DNA of 40,778 nt. It comes from a phage. The stretch lies in sequence record PZ179885.1; one strand, 5' to 3'. Shown here one piece after another: positions 37,470-40,778 of this stretch (its first letter is position 1; each line of letters begins with the position of its first letter). The notes below the pieces were generated by a model. The model had not been told where the DNA came from and ran no database searches. It worked only from the letters and a program-made list of their open reading frames with translations. The position numbers and the translations under genes were made by a program.

Positions 37470-39653
37470 ATGTCCACGATTACACAATTCCCTTCAGGAA
37501 ACACTCAGTACAGGATTGAGTTCGACTACCTAGCCAGAACTTTTGTTGTTGTTACGCTGGTGAATAGCTCTAACCCTACCATGAACCGTGTACTGGAAGT
37601 TGGTCTAGATTACAGATTCCTTAATCCAACGATGATTGAGATGTTGGTTGACCAATCAGGTTTCGACATCGTTCGTATTCACCGTCAGACTGGAACTGAC
37701 TTAGTGGTAGACTTCAGGAATGGCTCAGTGTTGACAGCTAGTGACCTGACCAATGCAGAGCTTCAGGCTATCCATATTGCAGAAGAAGGTCGAGACCAAA
37801 CGGTTGACTTAGCGAAGGAATATGCCGATGCTGCTGGTAGCTCTGCTGGCAACGCTAAGGATAGCGAGGACGAAGCACGACGAATCGCTGCGAGTATCAA
37901 GGCAGCTGGTAAAATTGGCTATATTACCAGTCGCTCCTTCGAGAAAGGCTTCAACGTTACAAAATGGAACGAGGCCCTACTATGGGAAGAGGATGGTGAT
38001 TATTACCGCTGGGATGGTACGCTTCCAAAGAACGTTCCTGCTGGTTCAACTCCTGAATCATCTGGTGGTATTGGGCTGGGTGCATGGGTTAGTGTCGGTG
38101 ATGCGTCACTTAGAGCAAACCTGTCTGATAGTGATGGCGCTAAAAACATAGGCAGTGGGAAAAGAAATTTGCTTGACAGAAATAATGATATTAAGCACTC
38201 TGGTGACTTCTCTACCTTGCAAGCCGCGATAGATGCATCGTTAGCTAAGAACGACTTAATTGTTTCTCCGGGTGAGTACTCAGAGTCGATTACTATTGGA
38301 AACGCGCAGTTAAAAGGTGTTGGCGGGGCTGTAGTACTAAAACCACCAACAGGCTTTACAAACACTGTTCAGGTCAATTTATCTACACCTCATTGGCAAT
38401 TCCGCCATAGTGGTGGTTTTGCTATAGATGGTTCTGGGACAACCGGGGGCGTAGGCATTAGTTTTGACCCGTCAGACCAATATTCTGGCCGACATAATTT
38501 TAGTGATTTATACATCCACAACATCAACAAGGCCATTCAGAAGCCTTCCGGGAACATCGGTAATACATGGAGACATATTGGGGTATCTACGTGTGATTGG
38601 GGGTATTATGCGGTTAGTGGCTCAGAGATGCATTGTGGTGCCGATACACTCTACAATTTTCACTTCGACGGCATCTCCACCTATGCAGTCTACCTAAACG
38701 GCACTGTCGATAACGGTGGGGTGGGCGCATGGTGGCTTAAAGACTCCATTATTGAGTCCTCCGGCGGCGGCGGGATATACTTAAAAAACAAGCCTGGAGA
38801 CTGTCCTACATCCCCATGCGGGGTATCCAATGTATGGATGGAAGCGATCGCAACATCACCGGCTGTTAATGTAGACGGTGTGGCGCAGAAACCACGAGTT
38901 CTCAAGTTGGTAGACACCGCGATATTCTTTGCTGAGTATTCTTATCTCAACAACATCGAGCTGTCCAACTCAAACTTAGTAACTTATGGTTGCCGTTTTG
39001 ACAACGCTGATGGTAATCAGGATATTGTCGTGGATGCACAAAGTACCATTGTAGCCCATGACGTGTATTTAAACGGCAGTTCCGGAAAGGACGTTATTGT
39101 AGAGTCTATCGCATCGCAATCTGCAACGATAGCTACCACAAACTTATCTCTGCGAGGAAATTTAACTAGAGGGAGAGTGTTTAACACACCAACTGGTAAT
39201 AAATTGCAGGCTATTACGTTTGATTCCGGTAGCCACGAGTTTTCTGGTAGTGCTACAGTTAGCGGATCAATTGTATCTGACGGACTTCACGCCGCTACAT
39301 GTACCGAATTTTCATTCCCGGGGGCTGGTGTGTTCGAGATGGTAGCTTCAAGAACGACAATAACATCAGGAAGATGGTACGTGTGGGGTGTTAACTCACG
39401 CCTACAATCTGGCTTGGCGGACATTAGTATAACGTCTGGTATTACTATGGGTAGTGTTTACACAAAGCCCGGGGAGTGGATTAGCACTTTCGGTGTAGGC
39501 AAGGCATCTTCCACTGGCATTGTTTCGCTATACATTTCCACAGGAGGAGGTTCAGGAGCTACGGTCAGATTCAGTGACTTTTTCATCGCTGAGTTTACGA
39601 CGCAGGCTCAGGCTTTAGCTTTCGCCAATACCAGAATGGCACTGAGTAGTTAG
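37470..39653 (+). CDS. 17: tail fiber / tailspike (gene 17) with beta-helix C-terminal domain
   Basis: 727 aa; the first ~150 aa resemble the T7 gp17 N-terminal domain (FDYLARTFVVVTL, DYRF, LQAIHIAEEGRD); the remainder is Gly/Ser/Asn-rich with repetitive beta-strand character typical of right-handed beta-helix tailspikes. Confidence 0.93.
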   Translation: MSTITQFPSGNTQYRIEFDYLARTFVVVTLVNSSNPTMNRVLEVGLDYRFLNPTMIEMLVDQSGFDIVRIHRQTGTDLVVDFRNGSVLTASDLTNAELQAIHIAEEGRDQTVDLAKEYADAAGSSAGNAKDSEDEARRIAASIKAAGKIGYITSRSFEKGFNVTKWNEALLWEEDGDYYRWDGTLPKNVPAGSTPESSGGIGLGAWVSVGDASLRANLSDSDGAKNIGSGKRNLLDRNNDIKHSGDFSTLQAAIDASLAKNDLIVSPGEYSESITIGNAQLKGVGGAVVLKPPTGFTNTVQVNLSTPHWQFRHSGGFAIDGSGTTGGVGISFDPSDQYSGRHNFSDLYIHNINKAIQKPSGNIGNTWRHIGVSTCDWGYYAVSGSEMHCGADTLYNFHFDGISTYAVYLNGTVDNGGVGAWWLKDSIIESSGGGGIYLKNKPGDCPTSPCGVSNVWMEAIATSPAVNVDGVAQKPRVLKLVDTAIFFAEYSYLNNIELSNSNLVTYGCRFDNADGNQDIVVDAQSTIVAHDVYLNGSSGKDVIVESIASQSATIATTNLSLRGNLTRGRVFNTPTGNKLQAITFDSGSHEFSGSATVSGSIVSDGLHAATCTEFSFPGAGVFEMVASRTTITSGRWYVWGVNSRLQSGLADISITSGITMGSVYTKPGEWISTFGVGKASSTGIVSLYISTGGGSGATVRFSDFFIAEFTTQAQALAFANTRMALSS

Positions 39654-39727
39654 AGGATAACTACACGCTGCCCAACGTATGGTAACAACTTTGGGTCACG
39701 GACGACCCGCTTTAAACTGGAGGTTTT

Positions 39728-39922
39728 ATGATTGAGTTAGACTTCAAGAATGAGGTCCTTAAAGCCTCTCCTATCGTCGGGACCGCTGCGGCTGATGGTG
39801 CCAGTCGGTTCTTCTTCGGACTTACACTAAACGAATGGTTCTACGTTGCAGCTATCGCGTACACCGTTGTCCAGATTGGTGTGCTAGTCTACAAAACGAT
39901 TAAAGGAGGTGGTAAAACATGA
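39728..39922 (+). CDS. 17.5: holin (gene 17.5)
   Basis: 64 aa; LDFKNEVLKASPIVGT...FFGLTLNEWFYVAAIAYTVVQIG is nearly identical to T7 gp17.5. Confidence 0.9.
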   Translation: MIELDFKNEVLKASPIVGTAAADGASRFFFGLTLNEWFYVAAIAYTVVQIGVLVYKTIKGGGKT

Positions 39923-40182
39923 CGCAGATGGACTTAGAGAAGTTCCTCTTGATGCTAGATACTGAACGTGCTCGACTCATGCTGCAAGACTTGCGGGATG
40001 ACACTAAGCGTTCACCTCAGCTTTACAACGCCATTGAGAAGCTACTGGCTCGTCACAACTTTGTGTTAAGCAAGGTGTCTGTTGACGAGAAGACGCTTGC
40101 TGATATGGAGGCCCTGAACGCAGAGTACGATAAGGTGCTTTCAGCTACTGAGGATAATGACACCGGGTATGGTGTTCAATAA
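39919..40182 (+). CDS. 18: terminase small subunit (gene 18)
   Basis: 87 aa; LMLDTERARLMLQDL...RSPQLYNAIEKLLARH matches T7 gp18. Confidence 0.9.
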   Translation: MTQMDLEKFLLMLDTERARLMLQDLRDDTKRSPQLYNAIEKLLARHNFVLSKVSVDEKTLADMEALNAEYDKVLSATEDNDTGYGVQ

Positions 40183-40185
40183 GTG

Positions 40186-40230
40186 TTAGACTCAAGGTCA
40201 TTACTATGTGTAGTGGCCTTTATGGTTAAC
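40186..40230 (+). promoter_or_regulatory. conserved intergenic element, putative RNase III site (R18.5-like)
   Basis: TTAGACTCAAGGTCATTACTATGTGTAGTGGCCTTTATGGTTAAC; third member of the element family. Confidence 0.5.
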
Positions 40231-40284
40231 ACTAACTAGTGGAGGCGACTCTACGTGAAAATCTGATAAACCGGGAGGGCAACT

Positions 40285-40722
40285 ATGCTCGAATTTTTTA
40301 AGAGAGCGGCTCCGTGGTTACTTGCAGCAGTGATGTTTGCTGGTGGCTACCACACCGCTAACAATAAGTGGGAGGCTAAGGTCAATGAAGAATACATCTC
40401 GAATCTTAAGGCATCGGAAGATACAAGGCTTGCTGTCCAAGCTGAAGTCAACAAAGTGTCCAAACGGTTTCAGGACGAAATGTCCTCGCTGGAAGGCAGC
40501 ACTGATAGGATTATTGCTGACCTTAACCGCGATAACAAGCGGCTGCGCGTCAAAGTCAACACCTCAGGTCTCACCGAGTCAGATGTCAGTCGATGCTTCC
40601 CTAATGGTAGAGTCGAACTACACCCAGAAACTTCTAAAAGTCTTATCCGAATAACTCAGGAGGCAGACCTTAAGGAGAAGGCGCTTCAGGACACAATAAG
40701 GAGGCTCCAAGGTGTTAAGTGA
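40285..40722 (+). CDS. 18.5: Rz-like spanin, inner-membrane component (gene 18.5)
   Basis: 145 aa; MLEFF..., N-terminal transmembrane segment, SLEGSTDRIIADLNRDNKRLRVKV and ALQDTIRRLQ match T7 gp18.5. Confidence 0.92.
   Translation: MLEFFKRAAPWLLAAVMFAGGYHTANNKWEAKVNEEYISNLKASEDTRLAVQAEVNKVSKRFQDEMSSLEGSTDRIIADLNRDNKRLRVKVNTSGLTESDVSRCFPNGRVELHPETSKSLIRITQEADLKEKALQDTIRRLQGVK
40337..40654 (+). CDS. 18.7: Rz1-like outer-membrane lipoprotein spanin embedded in the +1 frame of Rz (start uncertain)
   Basis: Signal-like KAALIGLLLTLTAITSG followed by Cys and a Pro-rich STPQVSPSQ; the ORF-track start at 40337 is probably too far upstream. Confidence 0.55.
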   Translation: MLVATTPLTISGRLRSMKNTSRILRHRKIQGLLSKLKSTKCPNGFRTKCPRWKAALIGLLLTLTAITSGCASKSTPQVSPSQMSVDASLMVESNYTQKLLKVLSE

Positions 40723-40778
40723 TTACTACAAAGTGGACCAGGCTATCTCTGTCCTGGACCTAATGCTGGAGGGACTCT

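Noticed and set aside
39693-39715. Hairpin GGGTC-ACGGAC-GACCC followed by GCTTT between gene 17 and the holin gene
   Set aside because: Short stem and weak U-tract; T7 has no terminator at this position; insufficient evidence.

Overview
The window is a complete genome of a T7-like podophage (Autographiviridae, T7/T3 group), about 40.8 kb, circularly permuted so that it opens on the ATG of the terminase large subunit (gene 19) and ends just after Rz/Rz1; the RBS for gene 19 (GGAGGG) sits in the last 15 bases of the window. All credible genes are on the + strand in canonical T7 order: gene 19, concatemer junction with terminal repeat and heptamer arrays, host-type early promoters, then genes 0.3 through 18.7. 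Eleven copies of a phage RNA polymerase promoter (consensus CTAAACTATCACTATAGGGA) are present, plus a TE-like and a Tphi-like terminator and a conserved repeated intergenic element that I interpret as RNase III processing sites. I recognise no tRNA, rRNA, CRISPR array or integrase. Differences from T7 that deserve follow-up: an Ocr homologue with a roughly 50 aa C-terminal extension, a short 0.7-type kinase without the shutoff domain, a cassette of small coupled ORFs before gene 1, a phage promoter directly upstream of the RNA polymerase gene, an unknown protein between genes 3 and 3.5, a 150 aa acidic protein at the gp5.9 position, a DUF3850/ASCH-like gene between tail genes 11 and 12, an endonuclease VII-like gene between genes 13 and 14, a non-canonical N-terminus on gp16, and a beta-helix tailspike on gp17. 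All calls come from reading the supplied translations and DNA against remembered T7/T3 sequences; no database search was run.
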